Notes under the pieces: model-generated
What the model was told of the DNA's origin: nothing
The model's database searches: none
Seen by the model: only the letters and a program-made list of their open reading frames with translations
Shown: piece by piece, positions 1 through 9,921 of the stretch
Numbering within the stretch: position 1 is the first letter of the stretch
Layout of the letters: each line of letters begins with the position of its first letter
Translations under genes and position numbers: made by a program
IMG/VR virus record: IMGVR_UViG_3300049794_000047
From: a virus
Lineage: Duplodnaviria; Caudoviricetes
Reading direction: 5' to 3' (one strand)
DNA: 64,000 bases

Positions 1-172
1 CCAACGCGCAGACTGGGAGCGCGGCGCCCCGCTAAACGGCCCACCTCACGGGACATTGCAAGCAACTCGTCGAGCCTCTCTTCCGTCGTCGCGGTCATAA
101 CCTTCACCAGAGCAATTAGCACACCATTCTGACAGCCCTGTGGGTGTACGCCAAGTCCCTGGTCCGAGTGCC

Positions 173-243
173 GGGTCGTCATGTACCCAGGGCCTACCAT
201 TCACGGACCTCGATGCCTCCGGGACACAGGTAGCGGGGTACCC
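173..243. repeat. Paired GGGT-N8-ACCC box site (copy 1)
   Basis: GGGTCGTCATGTACCC at 173 and degenerate AGGTAGCGGGGTACCC at 228; intergenic. Confidence 0.65.
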
Positions 244-426
244 AGTCAACGGGCAACATGAGTCCATGGCTACCCCGGCCAGTGTGCACTGTCGGGGATG
301 AACGGCAACATGGGTCCATGGCTATCCCGGCCAGTATGCGCCGCTGGTAGGTTGGGGGTTACGCGTTACGCACTAGAGCCTCATGGCGGCTTCACGATCA
401 CCGGACGCCGCGCATGCCCCTAGGCA

Positions 427-906
427 CTACTTCGCTCGGGCCTCCCGGGCCTCCCGCGCCTCCTCATGCTCCGCGCTGCGAATCGTCGCGAGCACCGCCT
501 TTTCCAGCACGGCCTGCTGTCCCTTGGTCAGCTTGGTCCACGTCGCGCGCGCCATTGCATTCGGTGTACACCACTCAAAGGCTGCGATCATGTGCGTGAG
601 CGCCGCGCTGCGATTCATGCGTGGACTGTGGAGCACGCGCTTGGCGAGCTGACGCGCACCGCAACCGTAGTAATCGCCGCCGAGAAGCCATTCAATGCGC
701 TGTGCCACCAGGCGGGGGCCGTCGCGCATCGCCTCGAAGAATGACGCCGCGGCCTCCTTACGAGCGGTCAGCGGCGCGTGCTCGACCTCGGAAAGGCGCC
801 GATTTGCCTCGGCACGTTCGCGGAGCTCGACCCCGGAAAGGCGACGGTTTGCCTCGGTACGCTCGAGGCGACCACGCGTGCCCTCGTGCTTCTTGTCGTT
901 GATCAT
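427..906 (-). CDS. Hypothetical protein with internal 45-bp (15-aa) duplication
   Basis: ORF track; EANRRLS(G/E)VE occurs twice. Confidence 0.6.
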   Translation of the reverse strand: MINDKKHEGTRGRLERTEANRRLSGVELRERAEANRRLSEVEHAPLTARKEAAASFFEAMRDGPRLVAQRIEWLLGGDYYGCGARQLAKRVLHSPRMNRSAALTHMIAAFEWCTPNAMARATWTKLTKGQQAVLEKAVLATIRSAEHEEAREAREARAK

Positions 907-944
907 CGAAGCTCTTCTCTTTTTGTCTTTTTCTGAAATTTAAC

Positions 945-1230
945 GCGGGCTCCCATGACAACGCTACCACACACCGTCCCGTTGCCCCGCGCCTCGCGCT
1001 GTCTTGAACCACTTGGTTCCCTTGGTCACTCGCTTGCGGGCTGGCTCCCAGGGCACCGCCCCGTTACCCCGTGCCGCGCGCTGTCTTGAACCCCTTGGTT
1101 CCCTTGGCCGCTTGCGAGCGGGCTCCCACGGCAACGCTAGTTCAGCTGCGACGCATCGCTCACAACCGCACGACCCGTGCCGCGAGCCGTCTTGATCCCC
1201 TTGGCCCTGGCCGCTCGCTTGCGGGTCGGC
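945..1230. repeat. Degenerate ~82-bp direct repeats related to the 3' end of the 1137-1814 gene
   Basis: GTCTTGAACC.CTTGGTTCCCTTGG at 1001 and 1083; related copy at 1189. Confidence 0.7.
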
Positions 1231-1814
1231 TTCCTGGTCGCAGGGGTGTCCGCCGTCTGGGTCGGATCGCCCGTGAGGCTGGTGGAGGACACCTGAAGCG
1301 CAAGCGGCAGGGGGAGAGAAACGGCCGCAAGGCCCACCGACGCCGCTCGACGCCGCTCGGCGTCGAGATGAGCAACTGCGAGGTTCGCGCCATTCGCCAC
1401 CGCATTGATGGCCACCAGGAAGCTGAGCATGAGGATGCTGAGCCACGGCGTCTGCGAGAAGGTCATCACGCCCTCGGACAGGACCACGAACCCCAGCGCC
1501 TTGAAGGCGCTGTCGAACGCGCGACGCCCCCACTTGTAGACGGTGATCGCACTGAAAAGACAGCCACCGATCACGATGGTGCCAGAAACGCTCCCCCACC
1601 CTGCCGTGCCCAACTCCGCATGCCCCACAGTGTAGGTGGCAAGCGGCACGAGCCCACCAATCAGGGCGCCGATCAGCAGCGGAAGAGGGTTGGCGAACGC
1701 GAGCTTGATCTGGCTGACAACGTCGCGTTCGGAATCGAGGGCGATGTGCGGGGCCGGAGTGTTGTATTCAAGCATGACAGTTCTCAATGCCACGCATGTG
1801 CCAAGACTAGACAA
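1137..1814 (-). CDS. Putative integral membrane protein
   Basis: About four hydrophobic segments (LLIGALIGGLV, GTIVIGGCLF, ALGFVVL, LSILMLSFLVAI) and a basic tail; true start may be downstream. Confidence 0.65.
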   Translation of the reverse strand: MSSLGTCVALRTVMLEYNTPAPHIALDSERDVVSQIKLAFANPLPLLIGALIGGLVPLATYTVGHAELGTAGWGSVSGTIVIGGCLFSAITVYKWGRRAFDSAFKALGFVVLSEGVMTFSQTPWLSILMLSFLVAINAVANGANLAVAHLDAERRRAASVGLAAVSLPLPLALQVSSTSLTGDPTQTADTPATRKPTRKRAARAKGIKTARGTGRAVVSDASQLN

Positions 1815-1840
1815 CTGACAAGTCGCTGATTAGTGCGCCT

Positions 1841-1923
1841 GGGTAGCAGGACACCCGGTTGTATCCGTACACACCTCAAGCAGGCTCCACGCGGTGTGGA
1901 AGATACAGGGTAGAGGTTTACCC
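1841..1923. repeat. Paired GGGT-N8-ACCC hairpin site (copy 2)
   Basis: Exact boxes at 1841 and 1908; inner stems TGTATC/GATACA and CACACC/GGTGTG. Confidence 0.8.
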
Positions 1924-1956
1924 AGCCCCACAGTAGAGCTTGTACCCTTTGATGTC

Positions 1957-2361
1957 TTATCCGATCCGCCCAACTTGGGACGTAAGTTGCCCAGCACTCC
2001 ACGTCGCGAACGCTTTTTCGCGGTCCACGATCCATACCTTCGCTTGGCAGAGCCACGCGTCAATCATCATCGCGAGCTCCCGCTTCTGTACGGAGTCAGC
2101 ATGGTAACGTCCCTGCTCCATGATCTTCGCAAGAAGATCGAGGTCTCGCCAGTCGACAGGGTAGCTCGATGGATGCTCCAAATCGCACGCCGTGTTGCAG
2201 AGAGCGTTGACCACGCCCGCCCTCGCGCTCTCACGACACCCTGAATCGTAGTGATGCAGAGCGACAACGCGAAGGAACTCAGCCCACACAAGCGGAATCG
2301 AAACTGCGAGCCGCGCGCGGTACTCAAAACCTTTGTAGACAGGGGATCTCTCATCACTCAT
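1957..2361 (-). CDS. Hypothetical protein
   Basis: ORF track; protein-like composition. Confidence 0.55.
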   Translation of the reverse strand: MSDERSPVYKGFEYRARLAVSIPLVWAEFLRVVALHHYDSGCRESARAGVVNALCNTACDLEHPSSYPVDWRDLDLLAKIMEQGRYHADSVQKRELAMMIDAWLCQAKVWIVDREKAFATWSAGQLTSQVGRIG

Positions 2362-2656
2362 AGCTACGCGTTTCCTTTCTACCGCGCCTCATCAGCGCTG
2401 TGCGGACGCACGGCGCTCACAGTTGCGCGTTCCCCTTCTGCCGTGCCCCATGAGCGCTGCGCGGACGCGCGGCGCTCTGCGCGTCGCGTGTCGCGTGTCG
2501 CGTTCATTGATCCGCTGCGCTTGCTCCGCGTAGCGCTGCCGCTGTTCTGGCGTAAGCGCGGGCTCGACGTCGCGCGCGTACAACTCCTTCACGCCGATCG
2601 TCTCGGGATGCGTGCGAGCGCCTTCCATGATGCCTTCCTGCACGTCATCGAGGATC

Positions 2657-2851
2657 CTACACGGCTCTCGGCGCCTTGACCTGTGCCGCCCGCGCCTCGG
2701 CCGAGAGTCCGCGCGCGATTATCTTGGCGGCTACGCTGGCGATCGTGTGCGGGTAGCCGCGCTTCTTGGCGATCTGGGTGATCAGCGCGTGCTCTTCTGG
2801 TTTTACGCGGACGTACATGACGCAACGTTTGGCCTTTTGGGCACTTGCCAT
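2657..2851 (-). CDS. Ribbon-helix-helix-like DNA-binding protein
   Basis: VMYVRVKPEEHALITQIAKKRG...IASVAAKII pattern. Confidence 0.55.
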   Translation of the reverse strand: MASAQKAKRCVMYVRVKPEEHALITQIAKKRGYPHTIASVAAKIIARGLSAEARAAQVKAPRAV

Positions 2852-2880
2852 GAGAGGAGCATGGTGGAAGGCCCAGAAGC

Positions 2881-2919
2881 TTGCAAGAGGTTCTTGCAAA
2901 CTGTCACGGTTTTTGACAG
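2881..2919. promoter_or_regulatory. Two adjacent palindromes, putative operators upstream of the RHH gene
   Basis: TTGCAAGA-GGT-TCTTGCAA and CTGTCA-N7-TGACAG. Confidence 0.45.
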
Positions 2920-3143
2920 AGTGCTGAGTGGCCGCGGCGTGCTGAGGTCCCGTAACAACATGGAGGCCCCGGGGCTGGGGGTCCCGGCATCGAGGTGTTC
3001 CCTCGTTTGAGACGAAACGTAGGGGGCTGCTCTCAGGGCGCCCCTGCGTTCACATCTGACTGTGTGCCAAGCGCCTGCCTGAAGCCAGGCGTTTTTCACC
3101 GTACTGTGAACGTGGGGCACGGCGTGTGTGGAGCTCCCAACAC

Positions 3144-3159
3144 GGGTGCGAGACTACCC
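3144..3159. repeat. Single GGGT-N8-ACCC box
   Basis: CACGGGTGCGAGACTACCCAGG. Confidence 0.6.
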
Positions 3160-3226
3160 AGGGCACGTGTTCGCGGACCTAGCGTGCCCATCTGTATTGG
3201 CATGCGACGCGCAATGTCTGTCGGGC

Positions 3227-3508
3227 ATGCAAGTCACCGATCGAGAAGTCCAGAACGCGATCTGGCGCGGCGATGACCATTTTCTATTCCGCGCCTTGCC
3301 GTGCAAGTGCTGCTGCGATGAGCACACTTTCGGGGACTGTCCGGCGCGGCGCTGGTACGGCTGCCGTGGTCAGTCATCCGTCAACGATCTGTCGAGCGCG
3401 GAGGTGGAGGCTTGGGTGGCACACTATGGACGTCACCACGGGATGTCTCGCGACCAGTTCTTTGGTCTTGCGAGAGGCGACAGCGGACAGCGGACAGCGG
3501 ACAGCTAG
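3227..3508 (+). CDS. Cys/His-rich hypothetical protein
   Basis: CKCCCDEH...CP...GC motif; ends in GGACAGC 7-bp repeats. Confidence 0.5.
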   Translation: MQVTDREVQNAIWRGDDHFLFRALPCKCCCDEHTFGDCPARRWYGCRGQSSVNDLSSAEVEAWVAHYGRHHGMSRDQFFGLARGDSGQRTADS

Positions 3509-3587
3509 CGGCGAGCAACCTGGATTTTCTCTTATGCGTAACAACCACTTGCGTGAAAACGCCGCGGAGCCCCGCGGGAATGTATCT

Positions 3588-3965
3588 ATGACAGCTGGGA
3601 GCCGCGTGGACACGTATATCTTGAACCGCTTCAGGAAGCGCTTTCGTGACAGCACGTTCTCTCGTAGGGAGGCGCTGGAGTGGCTCACGGCGAACGGACG
3701 CTCAGGCCCACGAAGCGTTGCCCTATTCGAAAGATGGGTCGGGAAGGGATCCTTCGTGGAAGAGACGGATGGGTACCGCGTACAGTATGGGGTCCCCGAC
3801 GGCCGCACCGAGTCTCGCACGCTCGCGACGATCGAGGCGCGTCTGTCGAGGCTATCGAGGCGCGGACTGGACCGTGTTCTGAGCTCAGTGGTCGCGCTAC
3901 GCGTCTCGATCGAGCAGGAGACCGAGTGCAGACGGGTGGCCGCGCGCGCCGGAGCTGCGCCCTGA
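3588..3965 (+). CDS. Hypothetical protein, possibly winged-helix
   Basis: C-terminal part of ORF 3273-3965; FSRREALEWL...WVGKGSFVEETDGYRV. Confidence 0.4.
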   Translation: MTAGSRVDTYILNRFRKRFRDSTFSRREALEWLTANGRSGPRSVALFERWVGKGSFVEETDGYRVQYGVPDGRTESRTLATIEARLSRLSRRGLDRVLSSVVALRVSIEQETECRRVAARAGAAP

Positions 3966-4685
3966 CCTATGAACAGCACTGCCGTAACCTAGGGGGCGCC
4001 CCGACGCCTGGGAGGGCGCCGGCGAAAAACTCGAGAACTGCGAAGAGGCAAAAGCAGCGCTGCCGACTGCGGTCGGTGAAGGGGCTGACGACGCCTGTAG
4101 GAGTTGTGCCTCCTTTGGAGTCGTGTTGGGCGATCCTCCCCATGTAGCCGCAGCTCCTACCATGGAAGGTACGGGGCAAGGCGCGGACATGCTTGAGGAT
4201 CTATGCCTGTTCTCCCTGTTCCCCCTATTATAAAGGAAGTAGTACAGGAGAAAGAAACATAGGCCCCTCTTGCTAGCGCACCTGCCCTGATAGAGGTTGG
4301 GGGGATCATTCGTACAAGGGGGATCAGGGCGAGGAAGTTCCGTGGAGGGTCCTGGTGTAAATAACCAAGTGTGTCAAATGGTTAGGTGTGGTCTAGGCCT
4401 GATTCAACCCTCGTTTAGGGCTGTACGTTCAGCCGATCAGCCGTGCCTCCTCTGAGCTTTCCGTAGGAGCTCCTAACGGTAGAGCCTGCGGATGAAACAG
4501 CTTCAAGACTGAGGTCGGCTGGTAGGCGCTAGACCTACAAATAGGACCGCTTCGCCGCTTGATCCCTCTTGGAAGTAAGACCCCTCAACTGCCCACAGGG
4601 CGCCAGCGGCGCCCCCCTGCGGCGCACCCCAGCCACACCGGCCAGCTGTAGCCGAGCTGCCCCGCCGCGGTGCTGCCACACGTCG

Positions 4686-4991
4686 TCAGCGTCCCGCCGC
4701 TAGGAAGCACACGTCGGCGACGCGGACGCTGGTGTCGATCTTGTTGCGGCGCGACCAGACGGTGACGAACCGTCCGCTGGACGGCAACCCCGGTAGTTCG
4801 TCGCGGCGCTCGGTCGCGATCGCGTATTCGTCGCGAGTGAACGCGAGGCCCGCCTTCGTCTTGACGTCGCGCAAGAGGCGGACGAGACGGTAGCCTGTGA
4901 AATGGTTCTTGTACTGCGTGTATTGGGCGACCTGCGCGGCGGCGGTTGCTTTGAGGCTCGTGAGCGTGGAGGCGAGATCGACGCTGTGCAT
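4686..4991 (-). CDS. Hypothetical protein
   Basis: ORF track; protein-like composition. Confidence 0.55.
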   Translation of the reverse strand: MHSVDLASTLTSLKATAAAQVAQYTQYKNHFTGYRLVRLLRDVKTKAGLAFTRDEYAIATERRDELPGLPSSGRFVTVWSRRNKIDTSVRVADVCFLAAGR

Positions 4992-5098
4992 GCGGCCGTC
5001 TCTTGCGTGCGGCGTGCCGGGCGTTGATCGTACTTAAGTTGCAGATAAGACGTTCGATCCTTACGCCACGGGTAGGCCTGACGATGCGCTCGAGACAC

Positions 5099-5208
5099 GG
5101 GTGAAAACACACTCAGTGCGGGGTCTCCTGATGGCAGGGGTACCTGACTACCCAGTGTTAGCGGTGCCACGTGTGCGTGAACAGTTCGCGCTGGGTGCGC
5201 GGCTACCC
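5099..5208. repeat. GGGT-N8-ACCC hairpin site with three boxes (copy 3)
   Basis: Exact boxes at 5138 and 5193, degenerate box at 5099; inner stem CCCAGTG/CGCTGGG; between divergent genes. Confidence 0.75.
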
Positions 5209-5697
5209 ACACCGTCAGATCCGTGGCTTAGGCTCCTTCCGTGCTTGGCACCCTGCGTGAAGTACACGAGGATATGCGCTTCCATTTCCAGACCGCAGGT
5301 GCACTGTGATGGCAACGACCTCCACCGCTGACCGATCCGACGGGGTGCCCCTGTGCGGGCGCTGTGGCCGTTCCGACGGTTGTCATGTTGGCTATCACGA
5401 GGACGCTGAGCTTCCGATCCGGCGTGGAGATCCCATGCTGAAAAAGAAAAGCCGCCGCACCGTCCTCGTGAAGTCCACAACAAAGCGCCCTTCAACGGGA
5501 GTCAAACCCACCGAAACCGAGGTTGCCCGTGCAATTGCTTGCAACTGGTTCACCGCGGCTAGCCTCTCCAGGGAGCGCTTCGAGCGCATCCAGATCGACA
5601 ATGCTTTCTACGACGGTGCTCGCCAGGAGCACTTTGTCAGTGTTCGCGTCTACAGCCCGCAACTCGATATCGACAGCGCAATCGACGAGGCGACTCC

Positions 5698-6126
5698 ATG
5701 AACGCCGCTGACGAACTCATCAAACCTTCTGCAGACGGTATCATCCGCATTGTCGACCGCGGCACGCCTCTCCACGCCGGCACGGTCGTCTACCGCGTGA
5801 TCGAAGTTGATCTACCGCCGGACATTCAGGGTCCGCACACCTGGAAAGTTGCTGCAGTCGTCGTGGAGCGTGCGAGTGACAAGCAGATCAAGCTCAAGCA
5901 GGCGTTTCCTGGTCTCCACCGTAAGGTGTTTGAGCCGACCGCCTTCGGTCGCGTCTTCTTCGAGACGACTCAGCAAGCGATCCAGTGCTTCTTGACCGAG
6001 TACCGCAGCGAGATCGTCCGACAGTGCAATCGTATCCTCGCTCTCGAGGCTGGCCTGCGCGAGGCGTGCGATCTGCTGGCCGTCGCGGAACAACGACTTC
6101 GTGTTCTCGCCGGTGGTGCCCCCTGA
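5698..6126 (+). CDS. Hypothetical protein, probable paralog of 47069-47479
   Basis: ATGA overlap with upstream ORF; PLHAGTVVY...WKV resembles PIKAGDLLY...LKV. Confidence 0.6.
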   Translation: MNAADELIKPSADGIIRIVDRGTPLHAGTVVYRVIEVDLPPDIQGPHTWKVAAVVVERASDKQIKLKQAFPGLHRKVFEPTAFGRVFFETTQQAIQCFLTEYRSEIVRQCNRILALEAGLREACDLLAVAEQRLRVLAGGAP

Positions 6127-6377
6127 GCTCCCCCGCCCACTACCTCTGCCCCGAGCACGGACGCGTCGCGGTCCGCACGCCGCTCAGAGCGCTGCCGCGA
6201 GTGCGCTGCCCGCGGTGTACCCGCGATATCCCGCGTGCGCCGCGTGGCGGCGACCGCCGGCACGTCTCGGTTACCGAGGCGACCTACGCGCGATTGAAAG
6301 CCCACACCGATCTGGTCGGGATGTCGCCGGGCGCGCTCGTTGATGAGCTGACGCAGGATCTTGGGGGTGAGTCGTGA
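6123..6377 (+). CDS. Zn-ribbon plus RHH-like small protein
   Basis: CPEH...CPRC followed by RHVSVTEATYARLKAH...PGALVDEL; start uncertain. Confidence 0.5.
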   Translation: MSSPAHYLCPEHGRVAVRTPLRALPRVRCPRCTRDIPRAPRGGDRRHVSVTEATYARLKAHTDLVGMSPGALVDELTQDLGGES

Positions 6378-6769
6378 GCAAGTCCACCGTCAAGTTCAAG
6401 TCCGGTGACCGCGTTATTGCCCTGCGCTGGCCGAGCGGCGGCGCGGGCGTCATCGTAAAGCCGGCGCCGGTCTACCCGATGGTTCGCTGGGACGACCACG
6501 ACGAAGTCAAACGCACTCGCGTGGAGGATATCCGGCCGGAGACGCCGCAGGACGTCGCGGCGCGACAGCTCGCTGCGGAGATCGCGTCATGGCGCAGCAC
6601 CCGCCCGGACACCACGCTCGCTACGGTGAGCTACATGGGCGGCTACGGGTCGTCGATCCCGACCGGCGTTCAGGTATTCGGTCAGGTCAAGCCGGAGCAG
6701 ATGCGGACGCTGGTCGACGAGCTCGAAGCGCTCGCGGCCTGGTTCGAGAAACGCCCGGTGTCGCCATGA
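6374..6769 (+). CDS. Hypothetical protein
   Basis: GTGA overlap; FKSGDRV...VRWDD SH3-like N-terminus. Confidence 0.55.
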   Translation: MSKSTVKFKSGDRVIALRWPSGGAGVIVKPAPVYPMVRWDDHDEVKRTRVEDIRPETPQDVAARQLAAEIASWRSTRPDTTLATVSYMGGYGSSIPTGVQVFGQVKPEQMRTLVDELEALAAWFEKRPVSP

Positions 6770-7437
6770 CCCCGCTCGTCCTCACCGCCGCCGCCATCGC
6801 CACCGCGGCCGCGCTGTACCTCTACCACCGCGTCATGAGACCGCCGAGCTCGACCAGCTCGCCGACCCCGAGATCATAGGTCGCGAGGTCGATCCCGCGC
6901 AGCGACAGCCGGTACTGCATGTGCTCGCCCGGCGTCACGAGCGGCGGACCCGCGCGCAGCTGGGCATCCGCCCACGCCACGGCCCGCTCAGCTTCCTTCT
7001 TCTTACGGTCAAGCGCCGGGATCTCGTCGCCTGCCGCTTCGAGCTGGTCGGCGATCGCCGGCAGGTTGTTGCGCGTGCGAGCGATGGCGACCGGGTCGAA
7101 CTCCTTGGCCTCGCCGTCCATGTGGGCCAGTTCGATGGAGCCATCGTCGTGGTTTCCGTCGCCGAACAGGATGCCGCTGACGCTGTCCCCGTGCCACGGC
7201 GTATCGGGCATCCGCGCATCGTCCTGGCGGGCCTTGGCGATCAGAACGTCCGCGAACGAACGGTTGTAGGTGCTCACAGAACCCTTCCCGTCAGCAACGC
7301 CATCGGCTTCCACGCGCGCACGTGCGCTATCAGCATCGCTACCAGCAAATCGACTTCGGCCGGCTGGCCTTTCTCGTGCTCGGCGAGGAGCTGCAGGGTC
7401 AGCGCGAGGGAGCGCTGGAGCTGGGCGCCGCGGGGTG

Positions 7438-8427
7438 TCATGGGGCCTCCGGGAACGCAATGTGCTGTGTTCCGTCGAGATACGGGGACCCGACAACCCC
7501 GCCGGCCTTGCGCTTCGAGCCGGTTCCGCAGGTGATGCCCTGGGGCATGCCTTCGCTGTTCACACCGAATCTCTCGTCACCGACATCGACGGCTTGCTTG
7601 AGAAAGAACGGCACATTGCTGTCCTGGCATTGCTCCCGCAACCAGCGCAGCCATCGCGTATCCGTCGGGCGCGATCGTGGGCCGCTCTCGCACCCAACGA
7701 TCAGCCAGCCTAGCTTTCCGCTCTGCGTGGCTGGCATGGCGTTGATCCCACCGATCAGCGGTTCGCAACTCAAGAAGCGCATAGCCGCCGGGGTCGCTTC
7801 CAGATCCGGCCAGCGCTCGTCAAACGCTTCCTGGTTCTCGGTGGACACGCCCCACCACATCGACGGATGCACGAGCCCTTCATCTCGGAAGGCGATCAGG
7901 TCGAACCAGGCGTCGCCGTCCTCCATCATCGCGCCGGCCCTACGCGCAACTCGTTCCTGTGTCGTCGGATCGGAGAAGTATGCACGCAACCGCGCCGATC
8001 GCTTGGTCAGCGTCTGGAAAACGTGCCGCGGGCCGTTGCTGCGCAGCGCGCAGATCATCATGACCGCGACGACGTAATCGATCGAAGAATCGTCGAGGCT
8101 CTCGTGAAACAGGTCCGACATGGAATTTGTGAACACCGTTGACGGCTCGCGCCAACGGAGCGGATCGCGCACGTGGTCCACCACGAGCCGAACCTCGCCA
8201 GTCCAACGCGCACCTTTCGCGGTGATCCGCACCAGTCCCTCGTAGGGCTGACCCGGACCGCAGAATCGGCCCGCGGTGCGCTCGGCGTAGCAGCCTCCGC
8301 CTGTGCCGTCACCGCAGCCGGACTGCTTCGCACCGGCGGCGATCGTTCGGCTGCAGCCACGAACGGGGTTCCACGTCCTGCCACGAGTTCCCGGCCGGTG
8401 CGTCCACTCAATCGCGGTGTCACCCAT
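7438..8427 (-). CDS. Phage Gp37/Gp68 family protein (DUF5131)
   Basis: IEWT...TWNPVRGC, CYAE, FTNSMSDLFH, LTKR, GVSTENQ, RFLSCEPL, WLIVGCESG, VPFFLKQ. Confidence 0.9.
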   Translation of the reverse strand: MGDTAIEWTHRPGTRGRTWNPVRGCSRTIAAGAKQSGCGDGTGGGCYAERTAGRFCGPGQPYEGLVRITAKGARWTGEVRLVVDHVRDPLRWREPSTVFTNSMSDLFHESLDDSSIDYVVAVMMICALRSNGPRHVFQTLTKRSARLRAYFSDPTTQERVARRAGAMMEDGDAWFDLIAFRDEGLVHPSMWWGVSTENQEAFDERWPDLEATPAAMRFLSCEPLIGGINAMPATQSGKLGWLIVGCESGPRSRPTDTRWLRWLREQCQDSNVPFFLKQAVDVGDERFGVNSEGMPQGITCGTGSKRKAGGVVGSPYLDGTQHIAFPEAP

Positions 8428-8734
8428 CGCCGCGCTCCTGACCCGGGCGGGCCCCGGCGCTCTGCTCCAGCGCGGCGCGGACGTCGCTCTCTGCGCGCTC
8501 GAGCAGGGCGCGGAGGGCGGCGGACTGTTCGAGCGTGATCCCAGCGGAGCCGAGCAAGCCTGTGTGCAGCTGGATGCGCTGCTCCGGGTAGGCCGTGCTC
8601 TCGTGGACGTTCGCTGTGACCTGCACCCGGTCCAGGAACGGACCGGCGCCTCGCGCGTCGAACTGCAGGGTCTGCTCGATCGGCTCGTAGTTTTTCCAGT
8701 GTGTCATGGCGTGCCTCCGTGTTCCTTGATCCAT

Positions 8735-8846
8735 CATGCTTAGGGGCTGGAACGAAATAACCTGGTCATTTCTGGTGGAGCTTCGTCGGGGAATCGTTCA
8801 AATGACCAAGTTAATAAAGTCCAGCCCCTTATCCGGTTATCACCCA
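8735..8846 (+). mobile_element. Solo terminal repeat of the TnpB element, interrupted by a MITE
   Basis: Removing the MITE and one TTA restores CATGCTTATCCGGTTATCACCCA, matching the ends at 29289, 30429, 34810 and 36086. Confidence 0.75.
8743..8828 (+). mobile_element. 86-bp MITE family A, copy 1
   Basis: GGGGCTGGA...TCCAGCCCC imperfect 29-bp inverted ends; TTA duplicated. Confidence 0.9.
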
Positions 8847-8878
8847 TCGCGGTGGTTCCGAAAGCTGCCCTAGTCCTG

Positions 8879-9265
8879 CTACCCAGATTCCCTCAGGGAC
8901 CCCTTACGTACCCTTGCCACGGAGGCGCTGGTCGAGGGCGCTATGAACAGTCCGCGTTTGCACACACAGTACCTGGCGAAGTGGTCGAAGAAGCTGTAGG
9001 CAAGCGCCTCCAGGGCGCGCAGTGCGCCAACGCTCGTCCTGGGATCGATCGGCACGCCGATAAGATCGCAGATCGGCGTACGGACCTTCTTCCGCCCACG
9101 GTAGACATAAACGGCACGGTCAGTCGTCGCGCGCACTGGAATCCCGGCACGCCGACAGAGGTCGGGGATCGATGTCTTGATCGCGCCTGGCGGGATCCTG
9201 ACGTGCCGGGAGTTCACGACGGGATCCCAGTCGAGGCGCATAGGAATCGCGGCCACGATCTTCAT
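8879..9265 (-). CDS. Hypothetical protein coupled to the nucleotidyltransferase
   Basis: ATGA overlap with 9262-9921. Confidence 0.55.
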   Translation of the reverse strand: MKIVAAIPMRLDWDPVVNSRHVRIPPGAIKTSIPDLCRRAGIPVRATTDRAVYVYRGRKKVRTPICDLIGVPIDPRTSVGALRALEALAYSFFDHFARYCVCKRGLFIAPSTSASVARVRKGSLRESG

Positions 9266-9921
9266 GGCCCGCGCTCCTTGCGGACGCGATCAATGAAGGA
9301 CTGCGCCTTGCTTCGCAATCGCGCGGCAGCCTGCGCGTTCCGCCCGGTGATTTCCATGAGGGCCGTCGACTTCAACACCTGCTGCATGGTGGCCATGTCC
9401 GCATTGGTTGCGTGGCCAACTACGATCTGAAGGTCTTCCTCATTCCCCTCGATCAGACAACCTCCGGCCCTCACGAGAATCTTCGCGACGTCACGACGGT
9501 CCTTGGCACCATGCGCCGAATGTCCCCGAGAACGAAGGGCGTCGATCTTGAGCAAGAGCAGGTGCCCGAGCGAGGCGATCTGGAAGTCTCGCGCCCTTCC
9601 AACAGCCGCGCGTGTCGCATGCTGCGCAAGCTCCGCATAGTCAAAGCGCAACTTGTTGTTACGCTCGACGTAGAGATCGACGTCCACGTCACCAATCTTG
9701 ATTTGCGCTTTGCCGAGGCGCTTGTTCGTGACGAACTCCTCATGATCTCGCACGGTACCGGAAGCGGAGAGCGATATCGCGGCGTCCGCATCGTGCGTTG
9801 CCTCGAGAGGCAGCCCGCTCTTGGCGGAATGGGCATGCACGGCAACGCCGCCAATGAAGACGATCTCTCCGTCTGTGAGGGCGACGAGATCAGCGACGAT
9901 CTTCCAGAGATCCGTTGCCAT
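9262..9921 (-). CDS. Nucleotidyltransferase-like protein (AbiEii/DUF6036-like)
   Basis: VFIGGVAV...ATHDAD motif, VDVDL, LLLLK...AKDRRD. Confidence 0.7.
   Translation of the reverse strand: MATDLWKIVADLVALTDGEIVFIGGVAVHAHSAKSGLPLEATHDADAAISLSASGTVRDHEEFVTNKRLGKAQIKIGDVDVDLYVERNNKLRFDYAELAQHATRAAVGRARDFQIASLGHLLLLKIDALRSRGHSAHGAKDRRDVAKILVRAGGCLIEGNEEDLQIVVGHATNADMATMQQVLKSTALMEITGRNAQAAARLRSKAQSFIDRVRKERGP

Noticed and set aside
8743-8828. 86-bp palindromes as integron attC sites
   Set aside because: They have 3-bp target duplications, occur in both orientations, and interrupt a gene and a TIR. That is insertion-element behaviour.
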